A stretch of DNA of 64,000 nucleotides, taken from Candidatus Woesearchaeota archaeon (lineage in GTDB: Archaea > Nanobdellota > Nanobdellia > Woesearchaeales > JABIAG01). The translations under genes and the position numbers were made by a program. Location of the stretch: positions 640,001-704,000 of the forward strand of contig JABIAG010000001.1 of the NCBI GenBank assembly GCA_018653365.1, in the 5' to 3' direction. Shown piece after piece: positions 21,212-30,536 of this stretch. Each line of letters starts with the position of its first letter. The first letter of the stretch is position 1. Under the pieces are notes generated by a model. It saw only the letters and a program-made list of their open reading frames with translations. It made no database searches and was not told where the DNA came from.

Positions 21212-21453
21212 CTTTTCACCTCAGCAAGAGCGTGCCTAACCCTATCAGGATCTTCCTGCAATAAATAAGTCAACATATTTTCTGGGTCTGAATGTACAAA
21301 AGTTTCTCCGTCTCGATTGTAAATAACATCCGCTCCTCGCGCTGTTTCCACCTCATACTGTTCAGGTAAAAACTGTTCTACAACATAAACTGCTCCACCA
21401 ACTAAACTACCTGCTAAAGTTAAACCACCGACTAGAGTTGCTAATCGTCTCAT
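21208..21453 (-). CDS. Small membrane-anchored hypothetical protein
   Basis: N-terminal hydrophobic helix, GGAGGTG RBS. Confidence 0.65.
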   Translation of the reverse strand: MRRLATLVGGLTLAGSLVGGAVYVVEQFLPEQYEVETARGADVIYNRDGETFVHSDPENMLTYLLQEDPDRVRHALAEVKR

Positions 21454-21889
21454 TTTTCACCTCCGGACTAAAAAAGTCTGTTAATTGTCTAAAATTTTCA
21501 TTTTGGTATTCCTGATTATAACGATGAAGTCCGCCACTGACTCTCTTTCTCAGGTAATTAAATCCAGATTTCATCCCGGTGTAAACAACCTCACACTGTT
21601 GATCAATTGCATCATCCAATAATGTACCACAAATCTTTTGACGCTCTGAATCAGAAAGAGAGTTATAACCCATTTTGACTAGATATGCTTGGTCTTTTGG
21701 AGTTAATGTATTCCAAAACTCATCAATAGATAGGGGAGTTCTGACAGGGGTTGTGACTGCTGGTTCTTTTACTTGCGGTTCAACTGCCGGTTGTCTAAAC
21801 TGTCTTGCTCCAAAAAAAAGAGCTGTTGCAGTAGCGCCAATTATTAAAAACTTTGCTGGTCCCTCAATGACATAACTTCCGAATCTCAT
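21407..21889 (-). CDS. Membrane-anchored hypothetical protein
   Basis: N-terminal TM helix; first gene of a three-gene unit. Confidence 0.6.
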   Translation of the reverse strand: MRFGSYVIEGPAKFLIIGATATALFFGARQFRQPAVEPQVKEPAVTTPVRTPLSIDEFWNTLTPKDQAYLVKMGYNSLSDSERQKICGTLLDDAIDQQCEVVYTGMKSGFNYLRKRVSGGLHRYNQEYQNENFRQLTDFFSPEVKNETISNSSRWFNFSR

Positions 21890-22031
21890 GATATTATATT
21901 AGAGGGAGTTTTAATAGATTTTTTTGAGAGAAAGTCGGAAAGAATTAGTTAAAGAATGTAGGTGTTTCTATATCCCTGTAAGAGTTTCAAGAACAACTTT
22001 ACTTATTGAAAGATTTTCAAGAATGTTAGAA

Positions 22032-22217
22032 CTAGCGTCGAGGTAGTTTTTCCGTTTCAACTTGAGGTAATAAAGGAAGATTTGCAAATAACTCTCCCAC
22101 CTCAGGAGTTTGTGTAAGATCATAAACAAATATTGGTTTAACCTCAAAAGTATCTAGAATCTCGACAGTGCCATCCTGTCTTTCAATACCAATTTGATAC
22201 ACGTTATTATCAGGCAT
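22032..22217 (-). CDS. Small hypothetical protein
   Basis: 61 aa ORF with TATA-like sequence upstream. Confidence 0.4.
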   Translation of the reverse strand: MPDNNVYQIGIERQDGTVEILDTFEVKPIFVYDLTQTPEVGELFANLPLLPQVETEKLPRR

Positions 22218-22249
22218 TAGTGAAGGAAATGTGTAGAAGTTTTTAAAGA

Positions 22250-22939
22250 TTACTTACCAAAGTTACGTTTTCTTTCTTTGAATTCAGCAATTAATTCTAC
22301 TAAACGTTCTTTAGAAAATGCAGGCCAGTGTTCTTTAATAAAAAACCACTCAGAATATGCACTTTGCCAGGGAAGAAAGTTAGATGTTCTCATCGCACCC
22401 CCAGTTCTAATAACCAGGTCAGGTTGTTTGTTTAAGTATAAAAGATTAGCAAATTCTTCTTCAGTAATTGGTTTGCCTAATGCTATTGCTTTATTTGCGG
22501 CTTGAACGATCTCTTCATGACCCCCATAAGCAACACACAAATTAAAAGAATGTTTGGTGTAATCCTTAGTTTTAGCTTCTACCTCTTTCATAACTTTCTG
22601 AAGGTCTTCAGGAAATAAATCTAATTTACCAATGAACCTAACCTGAATTTCATTATCATGAATTTCTTTAGATGTTAGCAATTCAGAGAAATATTTCTTC
22701 ATGATATTGAATAAGGATTTGGTTTCTTCTTCAGAACGCTTGAAGTTTTCAGTAGAAAAACCATAAACAGTAATGTCTTTAATGCCCAACTCAACACACC
22801 ATTTAATTGATTTTTTAAGAGTTTTAGCTCCATGATGATGGCCCATAAGCTTAGGGAGTTGATTCTCAACAGCCCATCTTCGGTTACCGTCCAATACAAA
22901 TGCTACGTGTAAGTCGTCCATAGAGAGAGTTTTACTCAT
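22250..22939 (-). CDS. uppS: cis-prenyltransferase (polyprenyl diphosphate synthase)
   Basis: HVAFVLDGNRRWA, YGFSTENFKRS, AYGG..EI, PDLVIRTGG..RTSNFLPWQSAYSE. Confidence 0.95.
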   Translation of the reverse strand: MSKTLSMDDLHVAFVLDGNRRWAVENQLPKLMGHHHGAKTLKKSIKWCVELGIKDITVYGFSTENFKRSEEETKSLFNIMKKYFSELLTSKEIHDNEIQVRFIGKLDLFPEDLQKVMKEVEAKTKDYTKHSFNLCVAYGGHEEIVQAANKAIALGKPITEEEFANLLYLNKQPDLVIRTGGAMRTSNFLPWQSAYSEWFFIKEHWPAFSKERLVELIAEFKERKRNFGK

Positions 22940-23002
22940 TCATATATAAAACTAATGGTTAATAGCACAATCTTTTAAAATGCGTATTTGTTCCTCTCCC
23001 TT

Positions 23003-23578
23003 ATGAACTATGAACTATTTGGGAGAAGGGTAGAGGCATACTTATTATCAGAATCTCCTCGAACAGTAGTAATAGATGTACTACAAAAAATGGAGGATTG
23101 TCCAAGAAGAATACCTCTTGGCGCACGAGACATAGCATGCAGTTGGGATTGCGGTGAAAGTTTTGCATTAGTTTATTATGATGCAGACAGACAACAAATA
23201 TTTTCTAGAGGGTTACTTTTAACTGAGGAAGAGGTCCAATTAAGAGAAAAAACAGGCAAATTAAGAACCATTACAGTAGTTGGTGATAAAACCGGATGTT
23301 CATATGATGGAGATCGAATGACAATCCAGGGTGCAGTAGAGGGGGGAACTATCCTGCCCGGATGTATTATTGCAATGGCTAAACCAACAGGAAAAGTTGG
23401 AAATCCAGAAGTAGACAGATTCTTTGATTATATTGCGACCCACACAAGAGAGGTCCTAGAAAACTGCGGGATAACCATAACTAAACATCAGGGCATAACA
23501 CAAATTATCACAGCATATCCAAATCAAATTAGATCTTCGGAAGACAGCAAAAACAGGAGAAGAGCCGGGTCAAACTAA
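23003..23578 (+). CDS. Hypothetical protein
   Basis: ORF 22988..23578; ATG at 23003 preferred as start. Confidence 0.55.
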   Translation: MNYELFGRRVEAYLLSESPRTVVIDVLQKMEDCPRRIPLGARDIACSWDCGESFALVYYDADRQQIFSRGLLLTEEEVQLREKTGKLRTITVVGDKTGCSYDGDRMTIQGAVEGGTILPGCIIAMAKPTGKVGNPEVDRFFDYIATHTREVLENCGITITKHQGITQIITAYPNQIRSSEDSKNRRRAGSN

Positions 23579-23590
23579 AGATTTATGAAT

Positions 23591-24481
23591 TTAACGCGTC
23601 AGAGCAGCAATTTTAGAATGATAAATTACTGGAATGTTTTTTTTAAACCGTCCAACTCTCGTTAAAACTCTACAACTCATACCACGGGGAACTTTAAGAT
23701 CAACTGCAGGTTGTTCTGATAACAAACCTTCATTAAAAGCAGGTACCCATAATTTAGTATAATCTTTTGTTGGTTCGGGATCCGCACCCATCAGAATTGC
23801 CAACCCAGTTATGGGATCATGATGCTTTTCTATTTCGCTTATAGCCGCCATAAAAAGATTCTTGCCCTCTCTCAATCCGCGATCTTCCAGAATTCTAGAA
23901 CAAGTGTCGTAAATACTCCAATAAAACAAACAGTTCAGGAAAGCAGCCCAATTAGAAGGTTTTGCCCCAGTAAGTTTTTTTGCCAAACTTTGCACCCCTA
24001 CCAATTGCTCTTCTTCAACTCCCCCATTATTGGACGAGGCAACAACATCCCAGTATAACGGGAGGAGTTGTGGACCAATCTGCCTTCTCAATCGGATCCA
24101 TGATTCAACCTTCTTTTGTCGCCGACAAGTCCAATCCGCAACAGCAGATGCCATGTTCTCTTCAATATCAATATAACCCAAGCCATAATGGCCTTCAAAC
24201 CCCTCAGCCTGCACTCGCTTGTGCCAGGCCTCATGAGCCACAGTATGTTTATCTTTAACAAAAAGTTCAGTACCCCTTGGACCATAAAATCCCAGCACCT
24301 TAACAAGAGTTGCCTCGAAACCCTTACGTTTCATATAAGACAATGTTGAACTAGAAAAATCATCAAAAACATCAGTTAATGAAGCAGAGTCCCGTCTAAT
24401 AGTAACTCTGGTACCGATTCTCGCACCAACACTCTTACAACAATAAATTAGATTAGCAGCTTTCTCTGTCATAACTATCAA
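23591..24481 (-). CDS. Hypothetical protein with zincin-like HExxH motif
   Basis: TVAHEAWH followed by IEENMA. Confidence 0.55.
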   Translation of the reverse strand: MIVMTEKAANLIYCCKSVGARIGTRVTIRRDSASLTDVFDDFSSSTLSYMKRKGFEATLVKVLGFYGPRGTELFVKDKHTVAHEAWHKRVQAEGFEGHYGLGYIDIEENMASAVADWTCRRQKKVESWIRLRRQIGPQLLPLYWDVVASSNNGGVEEEQLVGVQSLAKKLTGAKPSNWAAFLNCLFYWSIYDTCSRILEDRGLREGKNLFMAAISEIEKHHDPITGLAILMGADPEPTKDYTKLWVPAFNEGLLSEQPAVDLKVPRGMSCRVLTRVGRFKKNIPVIYHSKIAALTR

Positions 24482-24563
24482 CTAGAGATAATATGCCGCA
24501 ATATAAAAACGTTATTGAATCTCTTACCAAAACTTTATAAACGTTTTATTCTTTGTTTTGAAT

Positions 24564-25811
24564 ATGGTAAAACCCGGAGATTCAGTTGTTGTAATCACAC
24601 AGGATGAAAGAATAGAGGGAATGTATTTAGAAAAACCTGCACTATTAAAACAAGACACTATTATTATTAAGTTAAGTAGTGGATATAATATTGGAATAGA
24701 TAAAGATAAAGTAAAATCAATAAGAGTTGTGAAAGAGTATGTAAAACCACGTTCTAAGAATAAAGAAATAAAACAAGATTCTAAACTACCTAATGTTTCA
24801 GTGTTATCTACGGGGGGAACCATTTCTTCCAAAGTAGATTATAATACTGGTGGAGTAATTGCAGATTATTCTGCTGAAGATTTCTTAGAAATGTGTCCAG
24901 AATTATCTAATGTTGCAAATTTGAAAGCAAAAAAAGTAATGGGTATGATGACAGAGAACATAACTTATGATGAAATTTCTAAAATAGCTATCGAGGTTGC
25001 TAAAGAATTAGAAAAAGCAGATGGAGTTGTTGTAACCATGGGAACAGATATGCTTGGGTACATTGCTGCTGCTCTAAGTTTTTGTTTAGATGTTAACAAA
25101 CCCGTTATTATTACCGCTGCCCAGAAAAGTATTGATAGAGGTAGCAGTGATTCATTCTTTAACTTGATCTCTAGTGTTAATGCAGCTGCAAACTTCAATG
25201 GAAGTGGAGTGTATGTTTGTATGCATGGTTCATCTTCTGATGATTATTGTAATTTGATAAAGGGAGTTAAAGTGCGTAAGATGCATACTTCACGAAGAGA
25301 TGCATTTCGTTCAATAAATGAGAAACCAGTTGCTCAAATTTACGGTGAGGGAGAGATTAAAGTTGTTAATGATAGTTTTGAAAAAAGAGGTATGGGAAAA
25401 ACAAGTGTTAAGAATAAGTTTGAAAAGAAAGTGGGACTTGTTTACATCTATCCCGAGATTAATGTCGAATTATTTGATGTTTATATGGATTACAAAGGAA
25501 TTATATTAATGGGAACTGGATTGGGACATGTACCTCAAACAATTTATCCCGGAATTAAAAAGTTAATAGATAAGGGAGTATTTGTAGGAATGACCTCTCA
25601 ATGTTTGTATAGTCGTGTTTCTTCTACAGTGTATTCAGGGTTACGTGAAATAAAAGCACTAGGTGTTGTTTATTTAGAAGATCAATTACCCGAAACAGCA
25701 CTAATGAAATTAAGTTGGTTATTGGGTAATGGAAAAGATGTTAGTTTAATGACTTCAGACCTGAAAGGTGAGATGAATGATAGAATAGAGTATGATACGT
25801 TTCTAATTTGA
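24564..25811 (+). CDS. gatD: Glu-tRNA(Gln) amidotransferase subunit D
   Basis: IKLSSGYNIG N-domain, STGGTISSKVDY.TG, GTD, AQKSIDRGSSD, VRKMHTSRRDAF, GTGLGH. Confidence 0.95.
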   Translation: MVKPGDSVVVITQDERIEGMYLEKPALLKQDTIIIKLSSGYNIGIDKDKVKSIRVVKEYVKPRSKNKEIKQDSKLPNVSVLSTGGTISSKVDYNTGGVIADYSAEDFLEMCPELSNVANLKAKKVMGMMTENITYDEISKIAIEVAKELEKADGVVVTMGTDMLGYIAAALSFCLDVNKPVIITAAQKSIDRGSSDSFFNLISSVNAAANFNGSGVYVCMHGSSSDDYCNLIKGVKVRKMHTSRRDAFRSINEKPVAQIYGEGEIKVVNDSFEKRGMGKTSVKNKFEKKVGLVYIYPEINVELFDVYMDYKGIILMGTGLGHVPQTIYPGIKKLIDKGVFVGMTSQCLYSRVSSTVYSGLREIKALGVVYLEDQLPETALMKLSWLLGNGKDVSLMTSDLKGEMNDRIEYDTFLI

Positions 25812-26369
25812 ACACTTTTTAACTTCTTCTAAATCAAAAGTTTTCGGACATTGTTTATTACAATCAATGTCTCTGGTTTGTTTACATAATTGACGTGCGT
25901 AAACTCTTTCTTGAACACACCCAAAAGGTTCAAAACCTTTCTTTCCACAAAAATCATCAGAACAATTACCCCTTACAGAATATTTTCTAACTCTAGAACA
26001 AACAAACTGAGTATCAAAATTAACATCACTAACAGTAACATCTGCCTCTGCCCAGGTTCTCGTACCAAAATCATATGCTTTGAAAGTTATCAACCCAGTT
26101 TTAGGGGGCCTGTAAGTAACCACCCGAGCAGCTAGCGGAGAGAACTTTTCCTTGTTTAGATTGAAAATAAGACCTTCGGTTTTTATATGACCAAACCTTC
26201 TAGACTCTGAAAAAACATTAACATAACGATAAGTACCATCCCCACTCGGAGTAACAGTTATGGTAACTTCCTCACCCAAAGTAATTACAGATTTAGAAGT
26301 AGAAATTTCAGTAGCAGAGACAAAGCTAAGGGATAACAACAACACTATAAGAATAATCCACCTCTTCAT
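25803..26369 (-). CDS. Secreted hypothetical protein with Cys-rich C-terminus
   Basis: Signal peptide MKRWIILIVLLLSLSFVSA; GAGGTG RBS. Confidence 0.7.
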   Translation of the reverse strand: MKRWIILIVLLLSLSFVSATEISTSKSVITLGEEVTITVTPSGDGTYRYVNVFSESRRFGHIKTEGLIFNLNKEKFSPLAARVVTYRPPKTGLITFKAYDFGTRTWAEADVTVSDVNFDTQFVCSRVRKYSVRGNCSDDFCGKKGFEPFGCVQERVYARQLCKQTRDIDCNKQCPKTFDLEEVKKCSN

Positions 26370-26411
26370 TTACACCTCTTTTTTATCTTATTGGAAGATG
26401 TGTTTAAAAAT

Positions 26412-27089
26412 TTATTGGTGGTTAAGAGAAATTTTTCCAAAGTTGTAGAGTTTATCTTCCATTGGAATTATGACCTCAACTTCTTTAAGATCTTTTAGAA
26501 AGGGATCATTAATTGCTTCTCTTGTGATGTCAGTACCCTCAGTAGTTTGAAGAAAAGAGGGAAGAACATACAAAGTTTTATCTTGATAATTAGCTTTAAG
26601 AAAACACTTGTACTTTTCTGACTTTGCTTCATCCTTCAAAGTAATAGCAGGGTGTAGATGAGCAATGATTATTGTGTTCTGTTTTATATCCACTAGTTTA
26701 TTACCATGACAGATGTAAATGTCATCAGTAATGTAATGATCAACTATTTCCACATTTCTTTTGTTTGCAATTGGACCAATAACCTTGTCATGATTGCCCT
26801 TTATTATGATAAGTTTAGAGTTTTCAGTAATTAAATCAATTATCTTCAGGGTTTCTCTCCACTCCTGTTCAGAGATAGTACCAAACTCGTGTTTTATGTC
26901 TCCGTTAATGATTACTGTTTCAGGATTTGTTTGTTTTAATAGTTTTGTTAGACGGTTTTTTAACTTGTTAAATTGCAATCTTGGAACTAGAACCCCTTGT
27001 TTGTTTAATGCTTCTTCATAGCCAATGTGCAGATCTGCGATTATGAGCGTTTTGTTTGCTAATATCCCCAGATCAATTAGTTTAATCAT
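26412..27089 (-). CDS. Metallophosphoesterase (COG1407-like)
   Basis: IADLHIGYE, INGDIKH, KGNHD, CHG, AHLHPA, LPSF. Confidence 0.9.
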   Translation of the reverse strand: MIKLIDLGILANKTLIIADLHIGYEEALNKQGVLVPRLQFNKLKNRLTKLLKQTNPETVIINGDIKHEFGTISEQEWRETLKIIDLITENSKLIIIKGNHDKVIGPIANKRNVEIVDHYITDDIYICHGNKLVDIKQNTIIIAHLHPAITLKDEAKSEKYKCFLKANYQDKTLYVLPSFLQTTEGTDITREAINDPFLKDLKEVEVIIPMEDKLYNFGKISLNHQ

Positions 27090-27150
27090 ATGAGTAGTAG
27101 AATGTATATTATTAAAAAGCTTTTTAAAGCAAGTTTGAACCCTTGAATTT

Positions 27151-27483
27151 ATGACCCCCTTAGAAGTCGGACAGAGTTATAGTCGAAGAGAAATATTAGA
27201 TCGTGGAGCAATCAATTTAGGAATGTTTTCAGATTGTTTAATGTATAAACAAGGAGAAGATACTCTATTTTTTCGTGCTAACAAGACTCAGGGAACAATG
27301 TGGGGAACACCATGTTACACAATACTGATTTCAGATATGGAACATAACATGGAAGAAAGAATGCCCTTAGTTACAGTCCTCGGCCCATCCAGACGTCAAG
27401 CCATTTTGCTAGCTAGTCCAGTTACTGCTAAAGACCCATCCAGACGTCAATCTCCTTTGCCAGTGTTGCCAGATCGTCCATAG
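27151..27483 (+). CDS. Hypothetical protein
   Basis: 110 aa ORF; 3' end overlaps the convergent regulator. Confidence 0.4.
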   Translation: MTPLEVGQSYSRREILDRGAINLGMFSDCLMYKQGEDTLFFRANKTQGTMWGTPCYTILISDMEHNMEERMPLVTVLGPSRRQAILLASPVTAKDPSRRQSPLPVLPDRP

Positions 27484-27832
27484 AAGAGGCCAAATCTTTT
27501 TTAATTTCATTAATTACAATTTCTAAATTTTCTTCTCTAAGATAATAACGGTTTCTTATGTTAACAGCAATACCTGCATCCATAAGTTTGTTAAGATGAT
27601 GAACAACAGTTCCTCTTGTTAAACTAAGTTTGTACGCTAATTCATCACTTGACAATCCAAGCTTTTGTTTAGCTGCCTTAAGAAGTTCTAAGAAAATTCG
27701 GTAACAAGATTTATCTTTATCTCTTAATCCAAAAAGACCTAGTGCCGATCCAAAGTATTGAAGATCTTTGTTAACATCAGTTTCTTTAGGTTTTCTAACC
27801 TGGATGATAGTAATCTTTCTACTGAACCTCAT
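27428..27832 (-). CDS. Winged-HTH transcriptional regulator
   Basis: LSSDELAYKLSLTRGTVVHHLNKLMDAG. Confidence 0.85.
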   Translation of the reverse strand: MRFSRKITIIQVRKPKETDVNKDLQYFGSALGLFGLRDKDKSCYRIFLELLKAAKQKLGLSSDELAYKLSLTRGTVVHHLNKLMDAGIAVNIRNRYYLREENLEIVINEIKKDLASSMDDLATLAKEIDVWMGL

Positions 27833-27879
27833 GGTGTGTTTATAGTAATGTAGTTTAAATAAGTTTTGGTGTTTGCGAA

Positions 27880-28584
27880 TTATCTATAAAATCTCTCAAG
27901 AATTTCTTTAATAATCAAAATAGCAGATAGTAAAGAAGATACACCAAATGCTATGGCAACACCCTGTTGTTTTCTTATATCTCTAATACCAATTAAATCA
28001 AAGTAATGGACTGTGTTTTCAGTACGTTCAAACTCTACGGCAACCTCTTTTATACTATTGGATTTTGCGATTTGCATATAAGAAAAGTTAGGAATACAAT
28101 TACCAGTACACTTGTAATTTTTACCCAGGTCAAAAGATACTTTTGGAATTGTGCCTGCTAATTTTGTTTTAGTGTGCGAGAAAACAAACGTTCCAGAGGG
28201 TTCAATAAACATTTTGTAAGTTACCTCAAATTCCCCTGCTTTTATAGGAGTGAAAGAGATCACAGAACCCTTCTTCTTAAAATCCACATTAGCATCGACA
28301 TTAGAAATTTTGGTGGGAAGTTCAATATTAACTGTGGGCTTGCCTAGATAATCTTCTTCCGCTATTGCAAACGTTATTTTCCCTTGACTTTTTGTGAAAT
28401 CGTGATATATTTTTAGATCACTAACCGTGTCAGCAACAGTTGAATCTAACTCCACACCATAAAGGTAACGTTGCGGAGGAATGTATTCGTCTATGTTTGC
28501 TATATAATTAAAAGAAACTATTGAAATAATAATTAAAACTAATAAAAATAGAATTTCAACAGTAATAGCTCGACCATTTCCCAT
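27880..28584 (-). CDS. Hypothetical membrane protein (TM helices at both ends)
   Basis: 234 aa, hydrophobic N- and C-termini. Confidence 0.7.
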   Translation of the reverse strand: MGNGRAITVEILFLLVLIIISIVSFNYIANIDEYIPPQRYLYGVELDSTVADTVSDLKIYHDFTKSQGKITFAIAEEDYLGKPTVNIELPTKISNVDANVDFKKKGSVISFTPIKAGEFEVTYKMFIEPSGTFVFSHTKTKLAGTIPKVSFDLGKNYKCTGNCIPNFSYMQIAKSNSIKEVAVEFERTENTVHYFDLIGIRDIRKQQGVAIAFGVSSLLSAILIIKEILERFYR

Positions 28585-28628
28585 AACCTATATTTTGTAT
28601 AGTATATATAAAAATGTTTTTAAAAAAA

Positions 28629-28656
28629 ATGCTCAGAAAGCTATGCTTTCTGGCAC
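28629..28656 (-). terminator. Hairpin plus T-tract, copy 2 of the 28-bp element
   Basis: atgctcagaaa-gctatgc-tttctggcac; arms identical to 730..757. Confidence 0.5.
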
Positions 28657-28684
28657 CCAGAATCGGGAAATAAAAAAAGTGCGA

Positions 28685-28756
28685 TTACCAATCATCGCTA
28701 TTGTCATCGTTGCTAGCATCGTAGTCGTCATCATCTTCAAACATTATATGTTTCAT
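28685..28756 (-). CDS. Putative 23-aa acidic micropeptide
   Basis: MKHIMFEDDDDYDASNDDNSDDW*, preceded by AGGAGGT RBS. Confidence 0.45.
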   Translation of the reverse strand: MKHIMFEDDDDYDASNDDNSDDW

Positions 28757-28767
28757 GGTTTGACCTC

Positions 28768-28806
28768 CTATTTCTTTTTAGCTTTCGCTTTAGTTTTTTT
28801 AGCCAT
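28768..28806 (-). CDS. Putative 12-aa basic micropeptide
   Basis: MAKKTKAKAKKK*, preceded by AGGTGA RBS. Confidence 0.4.
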   Translation of the reverse strand: MAKKTKAKAKKK

Positions 28807-28911
28807 TTACTCACCTTTTTTTCGTTATTTCCTGAGTAACAGGAATCGCGGTGTACAATTTAACAAGTATTTAAATGTTATGTTTAATAAAAAAGAAAGA
28901 ATAGAAAAAAA

Positions 28912-30108
28912 TTAATGAGAAAACCGAGGTCGTCTACTTCTACCACGATGTTGGTTAGAAGCAACAACTCTTGCTATCTTAATTCTGCTTAATTCTGGAG
29001 TTTGAGTTTTATTAATCTCAAATTCCCTATATTCACTCTTAACTCTACCAAAGTTATCATGATCATAGTCACAAAGTAAGTTAATTACTTGTCCTTGTTC
29101 TCCTGCTCTTGCAGTTCTTCCAATCCTATGAACGTATTCTTTAGGACTTTTAGGAATGTCATAATTGTAAACGTGAGAAACGTTATCAATATGTAATCCT
29201 CTAGCTGCAACATCAGTACAAACTAAAACGCCAAACTTACCATCATTAAACATTTCTAATGATTTGTTTCTTTTGTTTTGTGTAAACCCGCCATGAATTG
29301 CGATTGATTTAATCCCATTCACTTTAAGAGTTTTCGCTACAAAATCAACAGTTTTTCTAGTATTACAGAAAACCATTACTAAACCACGATCTTCTTTTTG
29401 TAAAAGATGTGTTAGTAAAGAAAGTTTAACATTTCTTTGAACGTCATAATAAACTTGTGTAAGCTTAGTTGGATCTACCATTTTCTTAGCAGAAACTTTC
29501 AAGGGTTCTTTCATATACTTTTGTGCAAGTCTTTTAACTTCACTAGGCATAGTAGCTGAAAAGAATAATGTTTGTCTATTAGTTGGACATTTTGTTATAA
29601 TTCTTTCAACATCTTCAATGAAACCCATATCTAACATATGATCAGCTTCATCTAAAACTAAAAGTTTTACCTTATCTAGGTTAATTGTTCTTCTTTCTAA
29701 GTGATCTAAAAGTCTTCCTGGTGTTGCAACAACAACATCAGCCACCCTTAAATTCTTAATTTGTGGTTCAATTCCCACACCACCATAAACTGCCATAATA
29801 TGTAGTTTACTTGATAGTTGTTTTAACATAGTTTTAACCTGCTCTGCTAGTTCTCTAGTAGGGGTTAACACTAATGCTTGAACTCCGTGTTTTGGTACGG
29901 AATGTTCAACAATACCTGCTCCGAAAGCAAGTGTTTTACCTGAACCTGTTGCTGATTCTCCAATAACATCCATTCCGTTCATAATTGCAGGAATAGATTC
30001 TTCTTGAATCTGTGTAGGTTCTGTGAATTTTAGTTCACGTATTTTTGCGAGTGTATCATTACTCAATTTAAAGTCGTCAAATTTCATTTTATATTTCTCC
30101 GAAAGCAC
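28912..30108 (-). CDS. DEAD-box RNA helicase
   Basis: Q motif PTQIQ, ATGSGKT, PTRELA, TPGR, DEAD, SAT, ARGL, HRIGRTAR. Confidence 0.97.
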   Translation of the reverse strand: MLSEKYKMKFDDFKLSNDTLAKIRELKFTEPTQIQEESIPAIMNGMDVIGESATGSGKTLAFGAGIVEHSVPKHGVQALVLTPTRELAEQVKTMLKQLSSKLHIMAVYGGVGIEPQIKNLRVADVVVATPGRLLDHLERRTINLDKVKLLVLDEADHMLDMGFIEDVERIITKCPTNRQTLFFSATMPSEVKRLAQKYMKEPLKVSAKKMVDPTKLTQVYYDVQRNVKLSLLTHLLQKEDRGLVMVFCNTRKTVDFVAKTLKVNGIKSIAIHGGFTQNKRNKSLEMFNDGKFGVLVCTDVAARGLHIDNVSHVYNYDIPKSPKEYVHRIGRTARAGEQGQVINLLCDYDHDNFGRVKSEYREFEINKTQTPELSRIKIARVVASNQHRGRSRRPRFSH

Positions 30109-30270
30109 TTATTATAGAAAAAGCGAAATGATTTAAACAAAAAATTTCTCATATTCGGTTAAATTTTTTGAAGTTCAAAATGTAAGCATTTTAAACACTC
30201 AGGTGCTCTCTCTTCATGCTGTCTTATTAATTATCAGGGGTTGGAGTTGGTTTATAAAGCTTTCGGTTTG

Positions 30271-30498
30271 TTACTGTGTAGTGGTTAAACTTTCACACGC
30301 AATTCCATCATTATTACTATCTAAATGATGAACATCTTCATCACACAGATCAAATACTTCTTGTGCGGCCTCTTGTGAAGTAAAATTGTTGCAGTTGTAC
30401 AGGTCTTCTTGACAGGTACTTACTGGCTCACTAGCAAATATTAAAACAATCAATACCACAAAAATCAGAAGCAATATTGCTAACGCATACGGTTTCAT
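30271..30498 (-). CDS. Excalibur calcium-binding domain protein
   Basis: TM helix followed by YNCNNFTSQEAAQ...DVHHLDSNNDGIACESL. Confidence 0.85.
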   Translation of the reverse strand: MKPYALAILLLIFVVLIVLIFASEPVSTCQEDLYNCNNFTSQEAAQEVFDLCDEDVHHLDSNNDGIACESLTTTQ

Positions 30499-30536
30499 AA
30501 TTATAAATTAGTAAAAGAATATTAAAATGTTTTTAA

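Noticed and set aside
28595-28915. 106-aa hydrophobic ORF on the + strand
   Set aside because: TTG start with no RBS, and it is antisense to two RBS-led micro-ORFs and a hairpin; probably a shadow ORF.
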